Below the pieces are notes generated by a model. The model was not told the DNA's origin. It was given only the letters and a program-made list of their open reading frames with translations, and did not search any database. Positions 36,042 to 44,414 of a DNA stretch of 64,000 nt are shown one piece after another. This stretch comes from Candidatus Thorarchaeota archaeon (GTDB lineage Archaea; Asgardarchaeota; Thorarchaeia; Thorarchaeales; Thorarchaeaceae), in NCBI GenBank assembly GCA_048882485.1, contig JBHLRP010000001.1:64001-128000 (forward strand), given 5' to 3'. Positions within the stretch are counted from its first letter, which is position 1, and each line of letters begins with the position of its first letter. The position numbers and the translations under genes were made by a program.

Positions 36042-36483
36042 TGAGATCAATATTCTCGAAGGCGTATTGAAATGAACTAACCTGAGTCGGGGAGCTAGAG
36101 ACTACCACAACTTCCCTGACCTTGCTGGCCCATTTCGAATGGGCATAGATCGCCTTCGCGATCTCTTCTGCTACCTCCCAGCTAGGCACTCTAGCAACCT
36201 CTAGACCTAGCGTATAGAAACCAACGGATGAAATTTCCTGCTTTTCAGCACTTTCAAGGGCCCTTTTGGATGACGCATAGATTGCTTGTCTCCGATTTTC
36301 GCTAGCGATAGTGAGTTCCGGCCAGAATTCTATATTATCCGAGGTTGATACTTCATGAATAGTGAAACCCAATCTGTCAGTCGATCCGATTGATTTCGAC
36401 TTAACTGTCAGTTTGATATTGTCATCATTGTACGGTCCGAGGTGCACTCCAATCTTGATTGATCCGAAAGACCAAGCTATCAT
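36031..36483 (-). CDS. Degenerate macrodomain-like protein
   Basis: C-half ALESAEKQEISSVGFYTLGLEV..SWEVAEEI resembles the macro C-half; lacks NAAN/GGGV; ATGA-coupled to the upstream macro gene. Confidence 0.55.
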   Translation of the reverse strand: MIAWSFGSIKIGVHLGPYNDDNIKLTVKSKSIGSTDRLGFTIHEVSTSDNIEFWPELTIASENRRQAIYASSKRALESAEKQEISSVGFYTLGLEVARVPSWEVAEEIAKAIYAHSKWASKVREVVVVSSSPTQVSSFQYAFENIDLITP

Positions 36484-37043
36484 TCGTCTTCCCTCAATAC
36501 ATCAACCATCACTTGGTCAATGAATGCCTCTTCAACAGCCTTGTCGAAGTGGTCGCACATTTCCTTGTTGAGTCCGACCAGAAGTATCCTGTTGACTGAG
36601 CGACTTGCTCGGGTATATTCAGCAATGGCGTCGGCTATGGCCTTGGCTGATTCCTCTTCTGATAGTCCTCCAATTCCAGCTCCAATTGCAGGCAGGGCTA
36701 TTTCTTCCAATCCGTGCTCGCTGGCAATATCCAATGCTGTTGCGACGGACGACCGAACATTCCAAAATGTTGCGCTTCCTCCAGGAGGCATTCCAGCACA
36801 ATGTATGACATACCTTGCAGGAAGTTTGCCTCCTGTGGTCATCACTGCCTCGCCAGGCTTTATCGGGCCTAGTGAGAGTGCTTCCTCCTCAATTTCACTG
36901 CCGCCTTTTGCCTTGATAGCGCCTGCGACGCCGCCGCCCATCCATAGATCCGAGTTTGCAGCATTTATGATGGCATCGACTCCCAACTCGGTAATGTCAC
37001 CATGGTGGGTTCGAATCAGAACACCGCCCACTGTCCTCTCCAT
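36480..37043 (-). CDS. Macrodomain protein (ADP-ribose binding/hydrolase, MacroD-like)
   Basis: GDIT, INAANSDLWMGGGVAGAI, VIH, PAIGAGIGG. Confidence 0.92.
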   Translation of the reverse strand: MERTVGGVLIRTHHGDITELGVDAIINAANSDLWMGGGVAGAIKAKGGSEIEEEALSLGPIKPGEAVMTTGGKLPARYVIHCAGMPPGGSATFWNVRSSVATALDIASEHGLEEIALPAIGAGIGGLSEEESAKAIADAIAEYTRASRSVNRILLVGLNKEMCDHFDKAVEEAFIDQVMVDVLREDE

Positions 37044-37104
37044 CGATGAAGCCTCCTGTCTTCACAGTCCTCCCTAATAGAACACCAATCCACAAAAGTA
37101 TGTC

Positions 37105-37734
37105 GTGTCATCACAATCCTTTTTGGTAGCAGTCATTTCTCACATCTGGGCGAGAAATCTGAAGGACATAGACCCCAAAGATGAAGCGGATATTATTGCC
37201 AGATACGGTGAGCCAAAGAAGACTCATTTCACTGCTGATTTCCAGCAATTTGAATGCGATTTGGTGAAGCAGAGTACCTCAAAAGGAAGATTCCATGACA
37301 TAACATGTTTCATTCGAACTGGGGAGAAGTATGTCGGTATACAGAAGCATGCCTATTCGGAAACTGGAATATACCGTGCACCCTCGGGCGGTGCCAATAT
37401 GGGTGAGCCTCTTGAGGCAGCTGCAAAAAGAGAGATGTACGAGGAAACAGGTTTCAAGATTCGTCTGATTCGATATGTATTGGATTCTCGTCTGGATGTT
37501 GTCTGTGAAGATGGCACAATCCCTTGGCGTTCACTAGTGTTTCTTGCAGAGATTGAAGGAGGAGAAATGAATGCCGTCGACACACATGAGATCTATGAGG
37601 TCAAGACGGTCACTCGTGAGGAGATGCTCGGCCCCATATGCAAGCTTATGGAGGACTCAGGCTGGGGCGGTTTCCTCTATCGTGCTCATCTAACAAGAAG
37701 GTTCTTTGAGCAAATCGACGTGCTAGGAATTTGA
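37105..37734 (+). CDS. Nudix hydrolase (start uncertain)
   Basis: Nudix box GGANMGEPLEAAAKREMYEETGF. Confidence 0.88.
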   Translation: MSSQSFLVAVISHIWARNLKDIDPKDEADIIARYGEPKKTHFTADFQQFECDLVKQSTSKGRFHDITCFIRTGEKYVGIQKHAYSETGIYRAPSGGANMGEPLEAAAKREMYEETGFKIRLIRYVLDSRLDVVCEDGTIPWRSLVFLAEIEGGEMNAVDTHEIYEVKTVTREEMLGPICKLMEDSGWGGFLYRAHLTRRFFEQIDVLGI

Positions 37735-37754
37735 CATGACTATCCTATTTCTAT

Positions 37755-37789
37755 AAAAAAGAAAAGGCTGGCTGCAGTCTTCTGCAGCC
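37755..37789 (-). terminator. Hairpin plus U-tract terminator downstream of the tfb pair
   Basis: GGCTGCAG-TCTT-CTGCAGCC (37770-89) followed on the minus strand by TTTTCTTTTTT. Confidence 0.65.
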
Positions 37790-37797
37790 CTGGTACT

Positions 37798-38802
37798 TCA
37801 CGGAGCCATTGATATCTTGAGTCGTGAAACCAGCTCCTTGTACCTGTTCCGAATTGTGACCTCTGTAACACTTGCTGCCAGAGCTATTTGACGCTGCGTC
37901 ACTCTATTATCAGTGAGTATTGATGCGATGTAAATCGCTGCTGCAGCTAGTCCTCTTGGGTCTCTGCCGGTGATAAGACCCCCAGCAGCTTTTGCTTCGT
38001 CTAGCAGTTCAAGTGCCTTGCTCTGAACCTCGCCTGGCAGGCCAAGATCTGAGATGAACCTAGGTATGTAGTTCGCCGGTTCTGAAACTGGCATTCTCAG
38101 GCCGAGCTTGGTCACTAAAAGCCTGTAGCTGGCGCCCATCTTCTTCTTGTGGACTCTACTGTACTCCGATATCTCTTCAAGAGATCTCGGTGACTTTCTG
38201 AGTCTACAAGCAGCATAGATGGCGGCTCCCACCATTGCATCAATTGAACGGCTCTTGACATATCGCCCTAGGATGAGTTTCCTATACAATGTCGCTGCCA
38301 GTTCCTTGATGTTCTTTGTCAGTCCCATTTGGGATGCAAGCCTATCAAGCTCTGTCATTGCCTGTGCCAAGTTGCGCTCTAATGAGCTATGAACTCGGGT
38401 TCGTCTCTGCCACTTCCTGAGCCTGTAGATTTGGGCTCTCTGTGACGCAGTAAATCGTCTTCCACTGGAGTCATGATCTCTCCAGTCAATCATCGTTGAC
38501 AGACCCTTGTCATGAATAGCAATACTCGCAGGAGCTCCGGTCCTCGATCGGGAGTCCCGTTCCTGTGAAGTAAAGGCCCTCCATTCAGGACCAGTGTCTA
38601 TTCTATGATCTGACAGTACTAGACCACACTGGGTACAGACTGTTTCTCCATTCTCCCAAATTGACTCCTTACTGCCACAGTCCGGGCAGATGGAATCGAC
38701 TATGCTTTCAACCTTTGCATCGTTTGCATTATTACTCTGTGTAGTTCTGGATGCTATCTTTTTCTCCCTCCTCAGGGAAACGGTGTTGGGAATGAATCCC
38801 AC
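37798..38802 (-). CDS. tfb: Transcription initiation factor B (paralog 2)
   Basis: CPDCG..CTQCG Zn ribbon, IDTGPEWRAF, HDKGLST, ERNL, VTEVTIRNRYKEL. Confidence 0.95.
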   Translation of the reverse strand: MGFIPNTVSLRREKKIASRTTQSNNANDAKVESIVDSICPDCGSKESIWENGETVCTQCGLVLSDHRIDTGPEWRAFTSQERDSRSRTGAPASIAIHDKGLSTMIDWRDHDSSGRRFTASQRAQIYRLRKWQRRTRVHSSLERNLAQAMTELDRLASQMGLTKNIKELAATLYRKLILGRYVKSRSIDAMVGAAIYAACRLRKSPRSLEEISEYSRVHKKKMGASYRLLVTKLGLRMPVSEPANYIPRFISDLGLPGEVQSKALELLDEAKAAGGLITGRDPRGLAAAAIYIASILTDNRVTQRQIALAASVTEVTIRNRYKELVSRLKISMAP

Positions 38803-38837
38803 ACCCCACTTGCGTGCTTATGCGCGGATTCCGTAGA

Positions 38838-39779
38838 TCACGGTGCCATTGTGATGTTAAGCTTGTTCACCAATTCCTTGTAGCGATTCCTAACGGTCAC
38901 CTCAGTGACGCCAGCGGCCATCGCAATATCCCGCTGAGTGACTCTGTGATCCATCAGTATCGACGCGATGTATATTGCAGCCGCAGCTAGCCCTCTAGGA
39001 TCGCGGCCGGTTACGAGGCTTCTCCGTTCCTTGGCCATGTCCAGTATCTCAAGCACCTTCTGCTGAACTTTGCCTGGAAGATTCAGCTGAGTGATCAGTC
39101 TTGGAACGTAGTTTGCTGGGTCGGATATCGGCATTTTGAGCTTCAATTTCTCAACCAGCAACCTGTAATGCTGTCCGATCTTCTTCTTTGAAACACGGCT
39201 GTGCCTGGAGATTTCCTCTAGGGACCTGGGTGCTTTTCTCAGTCTGCATGCGGCATATATAGACGCACCGACCATTGCATCAATCGACCTGCTCCGTGCA
39301 AGTCTCTTGACTATGAGCTTCCTATATAGAAGCGCAGCCAACTCCTTGATGCTCTTTGTGAGTCCAAGTTGTGAAGTCAGTCTGTCAAGCTCAGACATTG
39401 CCTGAGCGAGATTCCTGTCTACTGAGCTATGAACTCGAGTTCTGATCTGCCACTTTCGTAGCCTGTAGAACTTTGAGCGCTGTTGCGCTGTGAAACGCTT
39501 CCCCTGTGAGTCGTGATCTCTCCAGTCCATCATCGTTGAGAGACCCTTGTCATGAATTGCGTATGAGCTAGGTGCGCCCGCTCTTGACCGAGCATCTTTC
39601 TCATCCGCTGTGAATGCTCTCCATTCAGGACCAGTGTCAATTCGGTGGTCGCTGATTACAAGACCACAGGTGGCGCAGATTCTTTCTCCCTTTTCTAGAT
39701 CCTGCACAATCTCATGTCCCCCACAATCTGGACATGTAAAGCCTGTGCCTGTTGCTCCTGCTCCTTTTCTTGATGACAT
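38838..39779 (-). CDS. tfb: Transcription initiation factor B (paralog 1)
   Basis: CPDCG..CATCG, IDTGPEWRAF, GVTEVTVRNRYKEL; ATG 39779 with GGAGAGG SD. Confidence 0.95.
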   Translation of the reverse strand: MSSRKGAGATGTGFTCPDCGGHEIVQDLEKGERICATCGLVISDHRIDTGPEWRAFTADEKDARSRAGAPSSYAIHDKGLSTMMDWRDHDSQGKRFTAQQRSKFYRLRKWQIRTRVHSSVDRNLAQAMSELDRLTSQLGLTKSIKELAALLYRKLIVKRLARSRSIDAMVGASIYAACRLRKAPRSLEEISRHSRVSKKKIGQHYRLLVEKLKLKMPISDPANYVPRLITQLNLPGKVQQKVLEILDMAKERRSLVTGRDPRGLAAAAIYIASILMDHRVTQRDIAMAAGVTEVTVRNRYKELVNKLNITMAP

Positions 39780-40185
39780 GATGGATCGACCTCTCCTCTC
39801 ACCCTGGGATTGGATTACGAAAGGGAATGTAATCTCACCTTTCTTTGAAGTCAAAGTCGTGGTGTGGCGCTGATAAGATCAAGAAGGTGCTCAATCCCTG
39901 TAGGTGGACCCTTAGATTTATATACATAAACGCATTTAGCCTTATAAGTCTTTCGAACCTTTATATACCTAGGTTCCACTCCCCTATTTTTCCCCCGCTA
40001 CACTGCGTATAGCTTCCTTTTGATATAAGTATTTTGACAAGTCCGTCCATTCTATTTCTGTCACCAGCCATTCCTTTTTTCGTAGGAAACATGTTATCCT
40101 CACTATAAGGTATGCAACAACACATCAGTTTCACCCAATAGAACGAGAAAAACATACTATCCTCATACATACATGTGGGAATTTC

Positions 40186-40971
40186 CTACTGAGATCTGAT
40201 TTCCGATTCGATTTCTTCTGTGGCTGAATAGAGCCGCCACTCGGCAACTAGATTATCTCGTATCTCTGCTGTCCAGAGAATGGTTTCCTTATCTTCTATC
40301 CTTGGAGCTACATGTGACCCAGTAGTCCTTCCAAGAATAGCGACACCGCTACCGCTAGTTATGACATGCTTCACATGAATCTTGTATTCGGGGTTTTCTG
40401 CGAAATAGTCATGCCACCGATCTCTCCCTTGGTAGGCATCTCCCCTGTAATCGATTAGAGTGAAGTCCTCAGTCTGAAGCGCCATCAAGCCATCAGGTTC
40501 CCCAGCATTTATAGCATCGACAAATCCGAGAGCAACTGATTTGGCCTTCTCAAGTTTCTCCATGTGCTCCCTAGTCCTCTCTCCAATGTTGGCAGCCTCT
40601 CGGATTTCATGGACATCGGAATAAATCCTCCATTCAGCTATCAGATTTTCCTGGACCTGTGCAATCCAGAGGATTTTCCAAGCTTTCTCCACCTCAGGGC
40701 CAACATGGCATCCAGTCGTCCTACCGATGATTGCCACTCCTTTTCCACTATTCGCAATGTGATCTATATGAATCTTGTATTTGGGGTTCTTCTCGAAGTA
40801 GCTATACCAATCATCTCGACCCCTAGTTATATCGCCGTCGTAGTCGATGAATATGAAGTCCTCAGCTTCATGCATCATGAGGTCTTCACCGTCTCCAGCA
40901 TTGATGCATTCCACAAACTCACGAACTGTGGATCTTGATTCTTCTCTTGCCTTGCTCATACTATTTCTCAA
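40186..40971 (-). CDS. Tandem SnoaL/NTF2-like domain protein
   Basis: Two ~125-aa internal repeats (FVxxINAG..EDFxxIDYxGD..YF.xNPxYKIH..GRTTG..AEWR). Confidence 0.8.
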   Translation of the reverse strand: MRNSMSKAREESRSTVREFVECINAGDGEDLMMHEAEDFIFIDYDGDITRGRDDWYSYFEKNPKYKIHIDHIANSGKGVAIIGRTTGCHVGPEVEKAWKILWIAQVQENLIAEWRIYSDVHEIREAANIGERTREHMEKLEKAKSVALGFVDAINAGEPDGLMALQTEDFTLIDYRGDAYQGRDRWHDYFAENPEYKIHVKHVITSGSGVAILGRTTGSHVAPRIEDKETILWTAEIRDNLVAEWRLYSATEEIESEIRSQ

Positions 40972-41019
40972 TATGATGCTCGTTCTTCTTGGAGATAAAA
41001 TGACCGACTTAGGAAATTT

Positions 41020-41286
41020 CTAGGATGATGCGTACTTCTTTCCCTTCTCAGTTACATAGTAAGACTTGCCACTGGTAGTATCAGGCTGGCATCCCGCGGC
41101 GCTTGGGCAACCGGCACAATGAGGGTCAGTTGCCTCAACACAATCACCCACCCTTAGAAGACCTCTATCTAGAAGCATCCCTAGCATGTCCTCTAGGGTA
41201 TCGAGTTGCACACCAACGGTTCTAGCCAGCTCTAGTTTACTGATGACATTTTCCTGCAGCATGATCTGAAGGATCTTCTTCAACAA
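41020..41286 (-). CDS. feoC: FeoC-like winged-helix protein with Cys cluster
   Basis: ELARTVGV..LEDMLGMLLDRGLL then C..CAGCP..C; last gene of the feo operon. Confidence 0.7.
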   Translation of the reverse strand: MLKKILQIMLQENVISKLELARTVGVQLDTLEDMLGMLLDRGLLRVGDCVEATDPHCAGCPSAAGCQPDTTSGKSYYVTEKGKKYASS

Positions 41287-41287
41287 G

Positions 41288-41749
41288 TCAATGATCTCCC
41301 AGGAGATGTTGTGTGAAGTCCCCTTCAGCTTCACCTTCAATTGCCATGGCAATTCCAAAGATCAGTAGGACAATGAAAAACAACCATACTGTAGGAGTGA
41401 TATCTAGAAGAGGTGTCCAAGCAACCCAGTCTTCAAACCCGAGAATCCATCCAAGGTAGTTGGTACTCAGAATGACCAACTGCAACACAAACAATATGCC
41501 TGCTAGGAAGATGCCAACCGCAATGTAGGCAAAACCTTCTCTTTCACCTCTGTGGAGCGGCTTCACCCCAGCCAAAAAGACCATTGACACTATAATGAGC
41601 ATCAATGAGCTGATTGGATCCGAGGGAACTGGAAATGGAACCGCTATCCCGATGCTAGAGATGAACCATAGAAACCCTCCTGCCAGGTAGACCATTCCCA
41701 GCAAAAATGGGAACGGCCAAGTAGTTCTGTTAACTGTCTTCGCCATCAT
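41288..41749 (-). CDS. Hypothetical 4-TM membrane protein in the feo operon
   Basis: Hydrophobic ORF; GGAGG SD before ATG 41749. Confidence 0.7.
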   Translation of the reverse strand: MMAKTVNRTTWPFPFLLGMVYLAGGFLWFISSIGIAVPFPVPSDPISSLMLIIVSMVFLAGVKPLHRGEREGFAYIAVGIFLAGILFVLQLVILSTNYLGWILGFEDWVAWTPLLDITPTVWLFFIVLLIFGIAMAIEGEAEGDFTQHLLGDH

Positions 41750-41757
41750 ATCGCCTC

Positions 41758-43080
41758 CTAAGGAACAAAGAACCCTCCAATCAAAACTACCACTAGTGAG
41801 ACTGCATATGCCAGAATCAATTGATACCCTATAGAGAAGCCGGTCCACTTCCATGATCCCGTTTCACTTCTGATGATCCCTACAGTGGCAATACAGGGTG
41901 TATAGAGTAGAACAAAGACCATCAAAGCCAGCGCTGAAAGCGGGCTGAGCGCTGCTGCAAGTGTAGCACCAATGGCAGCTTCACCTTGCACAGAGTATAT
42001 GATTCCTAGAGCTTCAACCACTATCTCTTTTGCCAGCAAGCCAAAAATCAGAGCTGCTACTATTTGCCACGGAAATCCTTGAGGAGCGAAGATAATTGTG
42101 CCAAGATTCCCAATAATGCCTATAAATGATTCATGTGATTCAGCGCCATATCCACCTGGTCCAGTGTTAGCTAGGAGCCACAGAATAATTGCTCCGGCCA
42201 GCAAGTAGGTTCCGGCTTTTCTGAGGAACAGATAGCCTCTATCCCATGCATGTCTAATTGACCCATGGAGTGTTGGTTTCTGATATGTTGGAAGCTCCAT
42301 GATGAGCGGAGAAGATTCTTCCTTTAGAATAGTCTTCTTGAAGATAAGCGCCATAAGAACAGCCATGATAATGCCCAAAAGGTACATCGCGAAGATCATT
42401 GTGCCAGCATAGTCGGGAAAGAACACACCAGCGATGAGCACATACACTGGGAGTCTAGCTGCACACGACATCAATGGACTGATGAGAATTGTTGTCAGAC
42501 GATTACTCTTACCATCGACTGTCCTTGCTGCCATTATCGCAGGCACATTGCAACCAAAGCCGAGTAGCATTGGTATGAATGATCTACCATGAAGGCCAAT
42601 TCTCATCATAATTCGGTCCATTACAAATGCTGCACGTGCGAGATAGCCACTGTCTTCCAAGATGGATATTGCAAGGTACATGAACAGGATTGGCGGGAGG
42701 AATACTATGATGAATCCAACACCTCCAATTATCCCATCTGTCAGGAGTGAGGCTAGCCACGGAATCGGAATTTGCGCTGTGAGCATACCTAGCCAGGCAA
42801 ATGCCCCCTCAATCATTGCCATGAATACTAAGGATGCTGTAAATGTGAAATGAAACATCGCCCACATTATGACCATGAAGATGGGCAATCCGAGGTAACG
42901 GTGAACCAACACGCTATCCAACATATCACTTAGAGTCCACTTCTCCTCACCAGGTTCATACACCTCACAGAGTATCTCTCCGATGATTTCGTATCGACGG
43001 TCTGCGAGGACAATTTGTGGATCCAATTCATCATCAAAGTCCTCCTCTTCAGAGATTGTAGTTTCTGGAGTTTCGGTCAA
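41758..43080 (-). CDS. feoB: FeoB membrane (gate/C-terminal) domain, encoded separately
   Basis: LEDSGYLARAAFVMD, GFGCNVPA, MSCAARLPVY, ELPTY, AKE, LYTPC. Confidence 0.92.
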   Translation of the reverse strand: MTETPETTISEEEDFDDELDPQIVLADRRYEIIGEILCEVYEPGEEKWTLSDMLDSVLVHRYLGLPIFMVIMWAMFHFTFTASLVFMAMIEGAFAWLGMLTAQIPIPWLASLLTDGIIGGVGFIIVFLPPILFMYLAISILEDSGYLARAAFVMDRIMMRIGLHGRSFIPMLLGFGCNVPAIMAARTVDGKSNRLTTILISPLMSCAARLPVYVLIAGVFFPDYAGTMIFAMYLLGIIMAVLMALIFKKTILKEESSPLIMELPTYQKPTLHGSIRHAWDRGYLFLRKAGTYLLAGAIILWLLANTGPGGYGAESHESFIGIIGNLGTIIFAPQGFPWQIVAALIFGLLAKEIVVEALGIIYSVQGEAAIGATLAAALSPLSALALMVFVLLYTPCIATVGIIRSETGSWKWTGFSIGYQLILAYAVSLVVVLIGGFFVP

Positions 43081-43895
43081 ATGGAAACCTCCAAAACCCG
43101 CTCCCTGATGGAAGGATTCTGAATCATCAATAGAATCTCATCGTCTCTTTCTAGGATTCTGAGTGCAAGCCATCTAGGCGGAAATCTATCCAGCAGTTCT
43201 TTTTCGTCCTCTAGGATTCCAACAATCTCCTTCAATTTGATCTCAATATCTGGTCCATACTTAATGGAAGGAGGTCTAAGTCGTTCATAATCTCCATGAT
43301 GATGGTGTTTTGGATGATAGTGAAGATGGTCGTCGTTATTTGGCTCACCCAGTGAATGCGGGGCAGAGTGTAGCACATCGCCCTTGTGGTCCCCTAGAAG
43401 GCCCTCAGGCAACGCCTGCAAGATAGCATCGCGCAATTCATCCATTCCAATCTTCCTAGTGGCAGTCGTGACGACAACTGGAACACCCAATCGCTGTGAG
43501 AGCAGATTTATGTCGATGTTGTCACCCCTCGATTGAACAACATCAAACATATTGAGAACAACTACCAGATTCAGCTGCATTTCAATGAGCAGTAGTGTTA
43601 GATACAAATTCCTTTCTAGCTGAGAGGCATTCAGAATGTCGACAACCACGTCAGGTCGATGATCTATCAGGTATTCTCGAGCGACTTCCTCATCATCGGA
43701 TAAGGCGCTAAGACTGTAAACGCCAGGTAAATCAATGACTTCGAACTCATAGCCCGTGTAGTCGTAGAATCCTTCCTTGACTTCAACTGTTTTTCCGGGC
43801 CAATTGCCTGTATGTTGCTTCATGCCTGTGAGATTGTTGAAGATTACTGACTTCCCAACATTGGGATTGCCAATGAGCGCAATTCTCATCCTCAA
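43077..43895 (-). CDS. feoB: FeoB N-terminal GTPase domain, encoded separately, with His-rich insert
   Basis: GNPNVGKS, GNWPGKTVE, DLPG, NMFD; HLHYHPKHHHHG. Confidence 0.92.
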   Translation of the reverse strand: MRMRIALIGNPNVGKSVIFNNLTGMKQHTGNWPGKTVEVKEGFYDYTGYEFEVIDLPGVYSLSALSDDEEVAREYLIDHRPDVVVDILNASQLERNLYLTLLLIEMQLNLVVVLNMFDVVQSRGDNIDINLLSQRLGVPVVVTTATRKIGMDELRDAILQALPEGLLGDHKGDVLHSAPHSLGEPNNDDHLHYHPKHHHHGDYERLRPPSIKYGPDIEIKLKEIVGILEDEKELLDRFPPRWLALRILERDDEILLMIQNPSIRERVLEVSI

Positions 43896-43899
43896 CTGG

Positions 43900-44280
43900 C
43901 TAAGGCACCTCCCTAACGAGTATCCTACAAGCCATGTGATGTCCGAGTGCTATGCGCGTCCCTCTAACCTCAATCAATACTGGACCGTGCCCTCCACTTT
44001 GCACTACTGTAAAGGTGCATCCTCGTGTTATGCCAAGGTCTAGCAGTCTTCGCATAAAGCCGCGGCCCTTTTCCCTTCTCGAATGCCTGAATCTGCAATC
44101 ATCATCCGAATCTGATGCTTTGTGGAAATGCTTCCCCCGATGGTGCCTTCTTATGGGTGGGACATGTCGACTATGTTTTAGTCCTTCTATGCCAAGAAGT
44201 ACGCATTTGGTACCTGGACTGACTGATACAAGCTTCTTCGCATTGTATTCGTCTAGAACAGGTGTAGCTTCTTCTCGCAC
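43900..44280 (-). CDS. feoA: FeoA (SH3-like) with His/Arg-rich insert
   Basis: RRLLDLGI..G..GPVLIEVRGTRIALG; GTG 44280 preferred as start. Confidence 0.85.
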   Translation of the reverse strand: MREEATPVLDEYNAKKLVSVSPGTKCVLLGIEGLKHSRHVPPIRRHHRGKHFHKASDSDDDCRFRHSRREKGRGFMRRLLDLGITRGCTFTVVQSGGHGPVLIEVRGTRIALGHHMACRILVREVP

Positions 44281-44299
44281 ACAGATCGCCCCACAAAAA

Positions 44300-44315
44300 G
44301 TTAGATACATCTAAC
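44300..44315. promoter_or_regulatory. Perfect palindrome upstream of feoA, resembling a DtxR/MntR-family metal-repressor box
   Basis: GTTAGAT-AC-ATCTAAC (TTAG-N6-CTAA), ~25 nt downstream of a minus-strand TTATAT TATA box. Confidence 0.65.
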
Positions 44316-44414
44316 ATTTCTCTGATTCAATTGCCTGATATAAGCATTTTCAAATGAGCTCTGAATGCAAATGCTATCTACCGCAACTATTACATATTGA
44401 GTTAGTATCTTGAA

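Noticed and set aside
39961-40170. 69-aa ORF upstream of tfb
   Set aside because: AT-rich promoter-like region with no coding character
43077-43080. feoB pseudogene or frameshift error
   Set aside because: Clean stop/start overlap with its own SD; both halves have intact motifs
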